This document shows, piece by piece, positions 1 to 10,073 of a DNA stretch of 32,000 bases. Numbering within the stretch: the stretch's first letter is position 1; the number at the start of each line of letters is the position of its first letter. The stretch comes from Paramicrosporidium saccamoebae KSL3 (Eukaryota; Fungi; Cryptomycota), in NCBI GenBank assembly GCA_002794465.1, contig MTSL01000065.1:50450-82449 (forward strand), given 5' to 3'. The notes under the pieces are model-generated. The model searched no databases. It saw nothing but the letters and a program-made list of their open reading frames with translations, and was not told the origin of the DNA. The position numbers and the translations under genes are program-made.

Positions 1-381
1 GCCCAGAAAGTTGAGCAACGGGCCAGGATGGAGAAGCTTGAGGAACTGAAAGAGGCCCGGAAATTAAGTGTAGACCGACCTGATGGTAAGGATGCCAGGA
101 AGCCAAGAGCGGCCTACGAGGCTAATAGAAGGGCCAGACAGATGAGGTACAGGAACCCAAGTGCGACCCACGCAGTCAAGAACCAACCCAGACAGAAGAA
201 GGTTGGAGAACTAGTAGTGGCCCAGGAAGTTGAGCAACAGGGCAGACAGGCGAGATACAGGAAATTAGATGCGACCCGCAACACTAAGGAACAAGCCAGG
301 AAAGAGACTAAGCAAAAGGTTATCGATGAACAGCCACCGAAACAACTAAAGATCCAAAAGGCCGAGAAAGATGGCTTTTAG
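1..381 (+). CDS. 3' part of a K/E/R/Q-rich protein with degenerate 36-37 aa repeats; 5' end lies outside the window; unknown function
   Basis: Frame 1 is open from base 1 to the TAG at 379-381. Internal repeats are visible, e.g. GCCCAGAAAGTTGAGCAAC at 1 and GCCCAGGAAGTTGAGCAAC at 220. No family recognised. Confidence 0.5.
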   Translation, partial: AQKVEQRARMEKLEELKEARKLSVDRPDGKDARKPRAAYEANRRARQMRYRNPSATHAVKNQPRQKKVGELVVAQEVEQQGRQARYRKLDATRNTKEQARKETKQKVIDEQPPKQLKIQKAEKDGF

Positions 382-631
382 GACAAAGAACTACAACAAT
401 CCAAACCAATAATCAAACTGATAAAATGTCTGGAAAAGGCTATGAAATAAACCATGCGTATTTCAAACTGTGCAAGAGAAGCGGATCTAAGTAGTCTAGA
501 AGAGACGAAAGTCAAAGAGCTAACGATATTCGAAAAATTCCAGTAATGTAAACGCCAGATTGTCTTTATAATAATTCTGGATAGACATTTATAAATGTTT
601 GGTGCGCTATAATTTGCCCGATAGTTCAGTT

Positions 632-766
632 TGTGACGTGGAGGGTTGATTAGTTGCTGGGTACTTGAGGACAGTGAGATGTGTATCCATACTATTCTAG
701 GATTAGCAGTGAACAGGTTTTCTTCTCGCCTAAGCTGGGCCGTGATGTTATCCCCACTGCGCGACA
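632..766. mobile_element. Family A solo-LTR-like element, copy 1 (135 bp)
   Basis: Starts TGTGACGTGG and ends TATCCCCACTGCGCGACA. Aligns by eye with copies at 7367, 17447 and 21459. No target-site duplication (TSD) visible. Confidence 0.6.
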
Positions 767-860
767 CCTCTATAGGTAGCCATTCTTAATATGACCAGAC
801 TGGACTATAAAATTGCTATCTAGGTCACACTTACCAACCACAAGCGGATGCTGGTTAACA
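767..860 (-). repeat. Family B LTR-like element, truncated copy abutting family A copy 1
   Basis: Reverse complement reads TGTTAACCAGCATCCGCTT...GGTCATATTAAG...CTATAGAGG, matching copies at 7550 and 17299. Confidence 0.55.
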
Positions 861-956
861 CAGCCACTTACTACGCGCCTCACAATTGTAATTTTTGTAG
901 CAATTCCAATTATAGACTAATGTTTACTCGAAAACCCAACTCGCCCAGCTGCAAAT

Positions 957-1809
957 TTAATAAGAGTTAATAAAATGAATCTCCCGGGATGCAGACTCGT
1001 GCGAATCACTGGCATGGAAGGAATTCATAGTCTTGTCAACTCCGAACAATGCACGGAGAGAATTGGGATGTTCCAGCCTTGCAATTGCAGGATCTGTGGG
1101 TCCTACAATCTTCCGAAGATGCCTAATTGCATCTGGTCCGCTGATCAGCATGGCTACCACCGGCCCGCTGCTGACGTAATCAACCAGTTCGGCAAAGAAA
1201 GACCGTTCCTGATGTTCCGTGTAGAATTGGGACGCTTGCATCTTGTCCATCTGTAGAGTCCGAGTGAGAATCACCCTCAGTCCCGATTCCGTGACGATGC
1301 GCTGTACATCCATCTCAGCCCGTCCCACTATGTTCGGCTTCATCAGCAACAGCGTGTCCTCACTCGTTACCCCATCCGTTCCCCGTAATCCGCCAGCCAA
1401 CAACGGAAACACCAAAGACACCATTTCCCTCGACATTGGGCCCCTAACATTTATATCGCCAGGGAGACTTACTGATGCAGCAAATGTGCTCGTCTCCAAT
1501 TTAGATGCGGGTCTGCAGAATATACTGCTACCAGAACCCAGTCCCTACAGTCAGCACGTCTAATACTTGAACTTACAGCTCGGGGAGTTGCACGTCCAGC
1601 TTTGCTGCAAGCGAGGCTGGTATCTTTCGAACTCCCAGTAGTTTGGTACTGTGGAGTGGCGCAAGATGGACTTCAAGGGCGCCCTCCATGCCAACCACCG
1701 TGCTCCAGTAGCTGGTGGGAAGCTCCGCCGGCCGCGTCCATAAGTACCATCCTATAAACACCGCCGCCGCGAGCACCAGAATAGTCGTGACACCCTCTGC
1801 ACGCCCCAT
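957..1809 (-). CDS. Nucleoside diphosphate kinase with N-terminal transmembrane/signal anchor; 3 exons (1809-1577, 1544-1473, 1443-957), 263 aa
   Basis: NDK motifs TLLLMKP, FY.EH..R.FF..LV.Y..SGP and NSFHASDS with the catalytic His. GT-AG introns at 1545-1576 (32 nt) and 1444-1472 (29 nt) join the 78-aa hydrophobic ORF to the NDK ORF in frame. Confidence 0.85.
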
Positions 1810-1877
1810 ACCCCCGCCGCTGAGCTAGGCATCCGTTTATTATTACTATTTTGGTGGATTGGTGAACGGGTCTGCAT

Positions 1878-2073
1878 CTACAAATTAGAACAATGCAATC
1901 TTGTTGTGCCTCCAGGTTTCACTACTCATTAGCAACCCATACTTTGACATACCGGTCTTGTAGACAGAGTGATGTAGCCAGGTGATGAGGCCAAAGGTGA
2001 CGACTGTGCCGACTATGAACGGACGCTCCGTGCGGAATGATACTCGTGGAAATCGTTTCGCATGGGCAAACAT
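1878..2073 (-). CDS. Small single-TM protein, possibly ATP synthase subunit j/i (Atp18-like); probable intron 1922-1952
   Basis: MFAHAKRFPRVSFRTERPFIVGTVVTFGLI resembles the KRFP...PF.V.G.V pattern of fungal Atp18. A GTATGT...GCTAAT...TAG 31-nt intron is possible; the C-terminus is uncertain. Confidence 0.4.
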
Positions 2074-2102
2074 TTTAATACAAATCACTTTATTTCTTTG
2101 AT

Positions 2103-5100
2103 CTACTTGGCTAGGAAGGAAAAGCGACGGCGATGCTTCGTGTCTACTAGATGCTGCGTGTCCATCGTCGCAGAGTACTTTAAGATGAGCTTTCCGTTAA
2201 TCCCAGTCAAGGGCAACTCCAAGTGCTGTTCGCTGTCTGGAACATTTGCAATTCTGAGAGGAATGTCCGTTGGATGCTGGTCCCACGTAAGTACAACGTG
2301 TAAATCGCGCATATTCTCCGGCTCAATGGTAAAACTTTCATTCCATCGGTGTTCGGTATTCTTGATGCCCCGTGTCTTGAAAATTGTGCGATTTCCATTC
2401 CTAATTTTTACTTTGCAATCAAAGGCGTCGATTGGTTCGTGAATCTCCAGACCTACTATGGTAATTTTCACGCCCGCTGCAGATTCCAAAGTGTGAGTAA
2501 TCTCCTTATCGGTTTGAAGTGGAGGAGAGGCCACTCTAGAACTTGTTCTTGAATCTGCCACGGAGCTCATCGTTGAGCCTGCCATCGAGTCCATTTTCGA
2601 ATCTGCTGTCGAGCCCGTCGTCAGGTCTGTCTTAGTATCTTGGTTGCCCAGGATCGCCACAAGCTCCGGAGATGTGAATGTTTTTGTCGGAGACGGCACC
2701 GCAATCACATTTTCGGTTGGCAATCTTCGGCGTCCTCTTCCGTCCTGTTCAGGGATAAAAATCAATCTTATGTGCAACATTCCTGATGAAACATTCTCCA
2801 AGGACAACTTGAGATCTTGCCACTTGTTAGGGGGCAAATTTTGTAGCTCGATATTGGCCATTCCCAGAGTTCGGCTGGCAGTAACCTTGTTCCAATCACG
2901 AAGCTCAACCTGCAAGATGGAAATGTCTCTCTGCTTAATCTCCACCTCGGCATTCTCCTCAAAGACTGGAGAGAGACACTTTTTGATGACGCTGGATTTA
3001 AAGAATTTGGTGCCATTCAGACGAAGGACGCAGAACGGATCACTGGTGCCATTAGAGTCTACGGCAATTAAATCCTCAGCAGACTTGAGTTGGATTTGCA
3101 AAACCCCACTCTCCTCCACCTCTGGCTCTAACTCGAGTCGCACAGGTCGATAAGTTGCGCGAATACTAATGCTGCCTTGTGTCATTCCTTCCAATTTGAG
3201 CGGCTCATTGCCTCTTAGATTCATCATTCTGACACTCAAAGCGTCCACAAATTCCTCCTTTGCTCCATGCGTTTCGGTAATAGTAAAGTGCAGATTTCGA
3301 CAGTCGTAGTCTTGAATGAGATATTCCACCCTCTTCTTCCACGAATGCTTTCCTTCCCCTCCAATATGCGCCGGCGTGGTGGTCAAAAATGGATCACAAT
3401 TCTCAAATGCAACTTTCAAATAATGCAGAGAGTTAATTGTCGTGGGAAGGACGCCATCAACAGAGATAGAGTGCACCTCCAGAATACCACAATTAGATCT
3501 CATAGCCGCCACTTCGGGATCCACAAGATTGTAGGGCTCCTCTTCTGGCGGTGGGGCCAAGTTCTGGGCAGGATAAATGCCAACTGTGAAACGAAGCTTT
3601 GCTGGGAGGGTATCCCCGTCAGTGTCAGCCAAATGGTTATTTCTCTCAATATCACATCCTTCGTGGGCAAGCAGCTCAGCAATCGTGCAGGAAACATGTC
3701 CGTAGCTAGTTCCCTTCTCCGCATGCTGCACATCAAGAGTAATGACGTCCTTGCTGTCTTTGGCAATAGTAACAATGTGCTTGTTCCAGACTGGAGAGCT
3801 TTCCACGACAGCAGCCTTAGTTTTGCCTGCCAGTCTTCCACTAATGTCTACTGCAACTCTATAACCCCCTTTGCACGCCTTGAATCCGCTTCCAGAGATG
3901 ACGTGAATGCGGGCAACGCCGAGACAAGATGTAAAGTTAAGATCGAGGCTACTGCTGACATCAATACGAACTGGCCTAAACAAGAATGAAGCGTAAAATT
4001 GAGCCCTTTCCTCCTCGTCAAAGGAGAACCAATCGGTCCGGTTTAACAACTGGCTGAATGGGGCAGTCCATTTCCCGTAAACGACCTCATCCTTTGTGCC
4101 ATGTCTTAGTAGTATTGTTACGCTCGACTCGTCCTTGTGTTCAAGGAAAACTTCAAAGACTTCGTCCCAAGTGGGATTATTGGTCCTCCTCTTAGTTCTA
4201 GATCGATGCTGCTTTCCCTCTCGCAGTCTTGGCGGATCTTTCCAATCGAATTTAAAGTTACTTGGATGAACATACACCTCATAACAACAGGTGACCCCTT
4301 TCTTATCCTCGCCAAACAGGTCCTTGAGCTGATGCAGGCTAATTTGAACAATACCTGATTCAAAATTCAAATCCGCTTCGGGATCCGGCTCGTCCGCTGC
4401 TGGATAATACTCTATACCGAAATTTAGTTCCCCGCGGATCTTGCTCGATTCGTGACCTACAACTGTGCGCCAAACATTTTTGGAAGAGGTCATGTCAAGT
4501 TCAAGGTCACTGATAGGAAAGGTCACACTCCCAAGCATACTAGTCGGTGTGCCCATGATGACAAATGACACGGGATTCTTCAGAGTGTGGATGAGGATGT
4601 AAAACACTTGATTCCACGACATTGTACTCGGATCCAACACGGTAGAGATGGCCTTGTTCTTGTTGCCAATTTGAACCTTTACAAAAGGCTGCACAAGGTT
4701 TCCGACCAGCTTCATCCCACGCACTTCGTAGAGGGATACCTTGAGCACTCCAATCGACCGTACATCCGAGTAGCTTCTCCTCAATGGAATGACAACCATA
4801 TTTGGGTCTACCATCGTATCATTGATAGTCTCGGTGAGGCTAGAAGAGATCCAGTTGGACAGGCCAGGGAGATCCATCAAGTCAAACGATTTCAATGGCT
4901 TCAGGATAAAATCGAACCGAGGCGTTTCGAGAAACCCAAGCTGGATCTTGTTGACAAATGGAACAGTGGGGCCAAGTTCCAGCTGCAAGCGCAACTTTCC
5001 GAATATCGAAATCTCCTTGAGCATTACAGGCACATCGACACCAAGTCTCCCTTTGCCCATGCGGGCGTTGAGTACAACTTTGGAATTCCACTGTGGTGAT

Positions 5101-5702
5101 GAAGTATCGCCCGTTGCGACGCTGGTATCAGTGTCTTTGGGGATAAAGCACACTTCGACGTCCAGGTGCACAACGTCCGGCTGCGTCTTTGGATGGACTC
5201 GAGCACTCAGGATTGTCGGCGCGCTGGAACCCAATGTAAATTCCGTCAGCATTAGCGAGTCCAGGAACGACGGACACGCCTCTTCCAATACAGCATTCAC
5301 CCTTTCTGTCACCTTTACACTGATGACCGGCTCTAATACAGTCCATAGTCGTACTGCTATAAAGTTCAGCCACTCTGCCGACTCGGCATGGCGTTCTAAT
5401 CGTTGTCGGGCGACGTCACGCTCGAGGGCGTGGCGATGGTAACGCCGGAGTCGGGCGACACGGCGGAACATAAAGTTATAGGTAAGGAAGAGAAATATAG
5501 ATGTCCAAACGATGGAAAAGTGGAAACGACCGAGGAGATAACTGCCAAAGGTAGCAATAGAAATGAGCACGATAATAGGAACAAGTGATCCGGCAGACGG
5601 CGACAGCGTCTCAGGCTCTTCAGGCGGATGCATGGCTACCACAGCAGATTTCGAGGAGTCTTCCCTGGATTTTACAGCTTGGGGCGCATCGGTACTTGAC
5701 AT
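2103..5702 (-). CDS. TCB3: Tricalbin / extended synaptotagmin (N-terminal hairpin TM, SMP domain, multiple C2 domains), 1199 aa
   Basis: SMP signature ESAEWLN...FTLGSSAP; C2 motifs such as SAEDLIAVDSNGTSDPFC and DWNKV. Confidence 0.9.
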   Translation of the reverse strand: MSSTDAPQAVKSREDSSKSAVVAMHPPEEPETLSPSAGSLVPIIVLISIATFGSYLLGRFHFSIVWTSIFLFLTYNFMFRRVARLRRYHRHALERDVARQRLERHAESAEWLNFIAVRLWTVLEPVISVKVTERVNAVLEEACPSFLDSLMLTEFTLGSSAPTILSARVHPKTQPDVVHLDVEVCFIPKDTDTSVATGDTSSPQWNSKVVLNARMGKGRLGVDVPVMLKEISIFGKLRLQLELGPTVPFVNKIQLGFLETPRFDFILKPLKSFDLMDLPGLSNWISSSLTETINDTMVDPNMVVIPLRRSYSDVRSIGVLKVSLYEVRGMKLVGNLVQPFVKVQIGNKNKAISTVLDPSTMSWNQVFYILIHTLKNPVSFVIMGTPTSMLGSVTFPISDLELDMTSSKNVWRTVVGHESSKIRGELNFGIEYYPAADEPDPEADLNFESGIVQISLHQLKDLFGEDKKGVTCCYEVYVHPSNFKFDWKDPPRLREGKQHRSRTKRRTNNPTWDEVFEVFLEHKDESSVTILLRHGTKDEVVYGKWTAPFSQLLNRTDWFSFDEEERAQFYASFLFRPVRIDVSSSLDLNFTSCLGVARIHVISGSGFKACKGGYRVAVDISGRLAGKTKAAVVESSPVWNKHIVTIAKDSKDVITLDVQHAEKGTSYGHVSCTIAELLAHEGCDIERNNHLADTDGDTLPAKLRFTVGIYPAQNLAPPPEEEPYNLVDPEVAAMRSNCGILEVHSISVDGVLPTTINSLHYLKVAFENCDPFLTTTPAHIGGEGKHSWKKRVEYLIQDYDCRNLHFTITETHGAKEEFVDALSVRMMNLRGNEPLKLEGMTQGSISIRATYRPVRLELEPEVEESGVLQIQLKSAEDLIAVDSNGTSDPFCVLRLNGTKFFKSSVIKKCLSPVFEENAEVEIKQRDISILQVELRDWNKVTASRTLGMANIELQNLPPNKWQDLKLSLENVSSGMLHIRLIFIPEQDGRGRRRLPTENVIAVPSPTKTFTSPELVAILGNQDTKTDLTTGSTADSKMDSMAGSTMSSVADSRTSSRVASPPLQTDKEITHTLESAAGVKITIVGLEIHEPIDAFDCKVKIRNGNRTIFKTRGIKNTEHRWNESFTIEPENMRDLHVVLTWDQHPTDIPLRIANVPDSEQHLELPLTGINGKLILKYSATMDTQHLVDTKHRRRFSFLAK

Positions 5703-5820
5703 GGTCCATAAGCTCGCCTGGGCTCTCAGTTATCGCGGCCATGCGAGTTGACCAATAATATTAGCCAAACTCGACAGTGCGTCATAATCGACCAATCACT
5801 ACAAATGTGTTTATTAGAAT

Positions 5821-7155
5821 TCATGCTCTTGACCGGGAAGTTTCAATCTCGCCGAGTTTGAATCGAACCTTTAATTCCTTCTTTTGGACCCGGTTCTCGC
5901 GCCTCTCAGTTTTGATGGCTGCCTTTCGTGCCTTCTTTTCCTCGGCGGTCTCATCCTTAGACCTGGACTGACCCTTATTTTCCTTAGGTGCTTCAGGTTC
6001 CCGTTCCGTATGGTCCATATTAGGACCCGACTCTATGGGCATTCCGGTGCGTCTCGACAGCCGGATTATGCTTGCCGGCTTCTTACTCACTTCACGGATT
6101 ACGTTTGGAAGGTTTTCTGTGTTGGTGAGGGTGGCAGCAAGAGATTGGCAATCAAAATGATCGCTACTCTCATCTGAACTGCCCTCAACATCCACATCGT
6201 CATCAGTATCCGACACTTGGCGGTTTAAAATGGCCAAACTTGGGACGCCCATCTCTTTTCTGATATCATCGAGCAGCAAAATGGCTCCCTGTTTACGCTC
6301 TGCTACAGTGGGTCTGAGGTATTCGTTTTGCTGAGAGAGGAATTCATCCAAAGCTTCCTGCATTGCCTCCTCCACCTCCTCACCATCCATGTCCTCGTCG
6401 TCCAGGTCGACCATATCCAAGTCGTCTTCTCCGTCGTACATTTTTAGGATTGCGTCAAACTTATTGTCGATTGATGTAATAGCCAAGCTGTGAGCATACG
6501 CAGTCCCCCGAAGCGACCCACAATCAGAGTATGAATCGTCGTCAGTGTCATCTTCCACTGATAGTTCCTTTTTCTCTCTATATGCAGAATAGTCAACTGG
6601 ACAGAGGACCGCTGCCTCGTCTCGGTTCAGTTTGACGACAAAGTCGTCTTCGAAATCTTCATCCTCAAATGCTTCATCATCGAGAGCATCTAGTACTTCC
6701 CGGACTGCAGGATCAATGTCCAACTCTTGGATATTATCGTATGTTGCGTGGTTCAGTGCGGTGGCCTCATCCACTATGACAGTTGCATCCACTTCTTGGG
6801 TAGAGGCGGCAGGGATGAAGACTGCGTCTGGGGCCTCGCCGATCCGCTTCAAGTGTCTAGTGTAGTCATAGGAGCTGTCGTCGTAATATATTCCGTATTT
6901 TGCCGCTTCGCCCGCTTCGTGGCCATCCAGCTCTTCAGGATGCTGCGGACTCGTTATCGTATCTAGGTCTAGCTCTTCCATGACCACGGGCAGCTCGTCG
7001 TCGCCGTTCATTTCAGCCATTTTCATGGCTGCTGCCTCGTTCATAGGGGCAAAGGCGCGCTCTGATGCATCTCCCTCGCCAGCCTGGTCTCGGACACTCT
7101 TTTGCACTAGTCGGAAATGGAGTGCGTTCTTTTTGTCTATGTACTGTCTCGTCAT
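5821..7155 (-). CDS. LTV1: 40S ribosome biogenesis factor LTV1, 444 aa
   Basis: N-terminal IDKKNA.HF.LV, GEAAKYGIYYDDSSYDY..HL, acidic middle, C-terminal ETAEEKKARK.AIK.ERRENR..KK. Confidence 0.92.
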   Translation of the reverse strand: MTRQYIDKKNALHFRLVQKSVRDQAGEGDASERAFAPMNEAAAMKMAEMNGDDELPVVMEELDLDTITSPQHPEELDGHEAGEAAKYGIYYDDSSYDYTRHLKRIGEAPDAVFIPAASTQEVDATVIVDEATALNHATYDNIQELDIDPAVREVLDALDDEAFEDEDFEDDFVVKLNRDEAAVLCPVDYSAYREKKELSVEDDTDDDSYSDCGSLRGTAYAHSLAITSIDNKFDAILKMYDGEDDLDMVDLDDEDMDGEEVEEAMQEALDEFLSQQNEYLRPTVAERKQGAILLLDDIRKEMGVPSLAILNRQVSDTDDDVDVEGSSDESSDHFDCQSLAATLTNTENLPNVIREVSKKPASIIRLSRRTGMPIESGPNMDHTEREPEAPKENKGQSRSKDETAEEKKARKAAIKTERRENRVQKKELKVRFKLGEIETSRSRA

Positions 7156-7366
7156 GAAATCCAGTCACCCGTCACCGGGGTATCTAGGTATTATTTACAA
7201 GTCCAACCCTGCTTTCAAAATCTGAGCTAAGCTGGGTTGGTGAGAGCGAGCCGATGTTAATAAAGTGCAAACCTACATATATATAAATGTATGAATAAAC
7301 AAAGAGATACGAGCGGGGACGTAAAGAATATGCTAAACAGTATTTGATTATGATTGGCAATCCTAG

Positions 7367-7510
7367 TGTCGCGTAGTGGGGATAAATAGTATGGACTGTC
7401 AGGCAAGAAAGGGGGGGTCTGTTTACTACTAATCCTATAATAGTATGGATACACATCCCACTGTCCTCAAATACCCGGCAAAGCGATCCACTATAGCACA
7501 CAAATACGTC
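7367..7510. mobile_element. Family A solo-LTR-like element, copy 2 (inverted relative to the others; one end missing)
   Basis: TGTCGCGTAGTGGGGATAAATAGTATGGACTGTCA is the reverse complement of the terminus of copy 4. Similarity to copy 3 extends to CACACAAATA near 7510. Confidence 0.6.
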
Positions 7511-7549
7511 TATATCTTTAGTAAGAGCCGCTCGCCCGCTAAAAGACCC

Positions 7550-7658
7550 TGTTGACTAGCATCCGCTTATGATCAATGATACAGCCCAATTCAGTCCGGT
7601 CATATTGAGGGTAGCGGCTATAAAGACGCCCTTAATAAGAAAACACTCCCGCGTAACC
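7550..7658 (+). mobile_element. Family B LTR-like element (109 bp) with a perfect 4-bp flanking duplication ACCC
   Basis: TGTTG...GTAACC termini; internal CTATAAAG then AATAAG; ACCC at both 7546-7549 and 7659-7662. Confidence 0.5.
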
Positions 7659-7794
7659 ACCCGGCTTGGAGTATTGTACTTTGATTAGTTACAATGTCAC
7701 AGTAATCTTCTCAGATGCTGGATCTATCTACCAGTATACCTACAAATTTAGAGAAAAAACAATTAATTGCAACTGCATTTTCCAACGGCCCGTG

Positions 7795-8547
7795 ATGGGA
7801 GATTCGACGTTTGATGAAATATTCGAGATAGAGCGCAAGCTACGCACAGGAACACCGGATATACAGGCAGTTGCTTTAGCGTCGATTCCTTTGCTCATGT
7901 CGAATTGTGCTCCTCTTTCAGTTAGCAACCTTTTTTTCCGGCTCACCTCGCATTTTCTTACAGTTCGCGACCCGGCCATAGTGCAGACTTTTCGGCTTTG
8001 TGCCCCATACTCTATGCATCTTGGCCTGCATGCTGAAGAAATGGTCCGGCGATTGGGTGTGGTGTGGGATAGCAATGATGTGCGGGCAAGGGGAATGGTG
8101 CTGTGCATCTATGGATGGTTGGCTGACGGATGCACGGGAGTGGCAGAGGCCGTGTGGAGAGTGCAACAGAGTATGGGGAGGGAGGGCGAGGAAGAGTACG
8201 AAGCGGCGGTGATGGCTGCACAGAAAATGGTCCAAGTGGATCCGCAAAGAGTCCTCTCTGCTGTCGCCGATAATGCACTAGCATTGTATTGCCGGTTGGG
8301 ACAATACTCATTCTTGAGGCCCAAGATACTCCAAGTACTCTCATTTCCTTCCGGAGACTGCAACTTGGAAAAGACGATATTCTACACACTAGCGGCTCAA
8401 ATCTCTCAAGAAGCCGTGTTCAGGACAGTTTTATTCGAAACACTGACTAGTATTGCTCTGAGGATCGAATCATTGGCTTTGCCATGTTTAGACATTTTCA
8501 CCCAACATGGCGTGGACACTGCAAATATCCGCAGTGCATATCAGTGA
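7795..8547 (+). CDS. INTS7: Integrator subunit 7-like protein, N-terminal HEAT/ARM region only, 250 aa
   Basis: EEMVRRLGVVWDSNDVRARGMVL and EEEYEAAVMAA match the INTS7 N-terminal motifs DEFVKRIFSVIHSNDPVARAITL and EVEAAVFAA. First ATG at 7795. Confidence 0.7.
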   Translation: MGDSTFDEIFEIERKLRTGTPDIQAVALASIPLLMSNCAPLSVSNLFFRLTSHFLTVRDPAIVQTFRLCAPYSMHLGLHAEEMVRRLGVVWDSNDVRARGMVLCIYGWLADGCTGVAEAVWRVQQSMGREGEEEYEAAVMAAQKMVQVDPQRVLSAVADNALALYCRLGQYSFLRPKILQVLSFPSGDCNLEKTIFYTLAAQISQEAVFRTVLFETLTSIALRIESLALPCLDIFTQHGVDTANIRSAYQ

Positions 8548-8755
8548 GAAATCGGTGTGAGGTCTATTTAAAATGGTTCAGTCTCTCCGAACACTTTAAA
8601 ATGACCTGATCTCTCTGATCACATTCAGTGGTGTGAAGAGTTTATTACAACCAGTCCAGCCTCTCCGAATACAGTCAGTGATGTGAAGGGCTTCCTAGAA
8701 CTGGCCCGACCCTCCCCCTCCGCCATAATACGCTACTCACCTAACAAACGGGAAT

Positions 8756-9880
8756 TTATTGGACCATTGTATTAATAGAATTGCCTTCTTTCAGATTGTC
8801 CATAATACTTTTCCTCACCGAGTCAAAGTACGGATGCGCCATCGCCTCGGTTGCGGTCAGTCGTTCTTGATGGTCGTATTTGAGCAATCGTTCTAGGAAA
8901 TCAATGGCTTCTGGGACGGCCAGATGCTTGTTTGCTGGAGTGACAAATTGACTCCAGGGGACGACTGGGTAATGCGTGGATTGAAGGGCAGCATACTGCT
9001 TTCCAAGTCGGAGAGAGTATTTGTTGAGATATTTGAATAGCTCGTCGCTTCCTAGCTTTTCAACAATTTTAAATAGCTGGTCATTGTTGTCGCGACCATG
9101 GAAGAGCGTGTCCATCATAAAGATCATCCCCCCAAACATGCAGCCGAGACTCCACATATCCAAGGAGTAATCGTATTCAAACAGATCAACCAACAACTCG
9201 GGTCCCTTATAGTAGCGAGAGGCGACCCGCACATTGTAGGCTACTCCAGGATGATAAAACTCGGCCAGTCCCCAGTCGATCAGCCGAAGCGTCTTGGTTT
9301 CCGAATCGATCATCACGTTATGTGGCTTTACATCGCGATGCATAATGCCCCGAGAATGTGCAAAATCCAGGGCCCTAAGCAGCTGGAAAATATAATACCG
9401 GACGTCGTGGTCCTGGAGTGTGGGATAGAGTGTACGATATTCCACATTCTTGACCAGCTCAAAGATAAAGGCGGGTGTCCGTGACTCTGGCTCAATGACC
9501 AAGTCTTTCAACTGGATGATATTGGGACCACCGGCCAGATTCTGCAGGATTTTTACTTCTCGCTTAATTTTCTTTGAGCGCACCGGCTTCAGTACCTTGA
9601 CTATGCACCGTTCATTCTTTGCCACATTGACACCGGAGAATACCTCAGAGTACTTTCCGCGGCCCACCTTTTCGACCACCTCGTAAATGTCCTGAGACCC
9701 CCAGCGAATGTTGAGCGTCTCATAGTCCCAGTAGGAGGAGGGGAGACGATTATTTGCGTCGGCATAGACGCGCGCTATGCTCTTTGGATTATCCGAGGCG
9801 ACGGGGCGCGATGTCACCGTTCCGGGCGTACTGCGTTCAGGTTGTGCGCCGCTCGTGGTAAGACTTGTCTCTAGATCCAT
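8756..9880 (-). CDS. CKA1: Casein kinase II catalytic alpha subunit (first ATG at 9880; ORF open further upstream to GTG at 9955)
   Basis: [63 protein letters not shown]. Confidence 0.97.
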   Translation of the reverse strand: MDLETSLTTSGAQPERSTPGTVTSRPVASDNPKSIARVYADANNRLPSSYWDYETLNIRWGSQDIYEVVEKVGRGKYSEVFSGVNVAKNERCIVKVLKPVRSKKIKREVKILQNLAGGPNIIQLKDLVIEPESRTPAFIFELVKNVEYRTLYPTLQDHDVRYYIFQLLRALDFAHSRGIMHRDVKPHNVMIDSETKTLRLIDWGLAEFYHPGVAYNVRVASRYYKGPELLVDLFEYDYSLDMWSLGCMFGGMIFMMDTLFHGRDNNDQLFKIVEKLGSDELFKYLNKYSLRLGKQYAALQSTHYPVVPWSQFVTPANKHLAVPEAIDFLERLLKYDHQERLTATEAMAHPYFDSVRKSIMDNLKEGNSINTMVQ

Positions 9881-10073
9881 ATTGTACGATGCAAGGAGAA
9901 TAGTGAGGACCGCAAGGACTACTACTTGGATGCTACAAGCCCACGTCAGTTTCACTAATGGTCTCCCACCGAAAGAGACTGACCTCCAAGAGCCCCGGAA
10001 TACGACCCGCCAATCAGATCTTGGACTCGACGTTTTAGTGACTGGTTGGAGGGTTCTGGATACAAAGCTTTTA

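Noticed and set aside
7255-7339. Possible third LTR-like element (TGTTA...TAAACA with TATATATAAA and AATAAA)
   Set aside because: Single copy in the window with no TSD; equally explained as the AT-rich promoter of LTV1.
7367-7384. Family A terminus GTAGTGGGGA resembling the U1 snRNA stem-loop IV region
   Set aside because: There is no preceding Sm site and no 5' ATACTTACCTG; the sequence sits at an element terminus.
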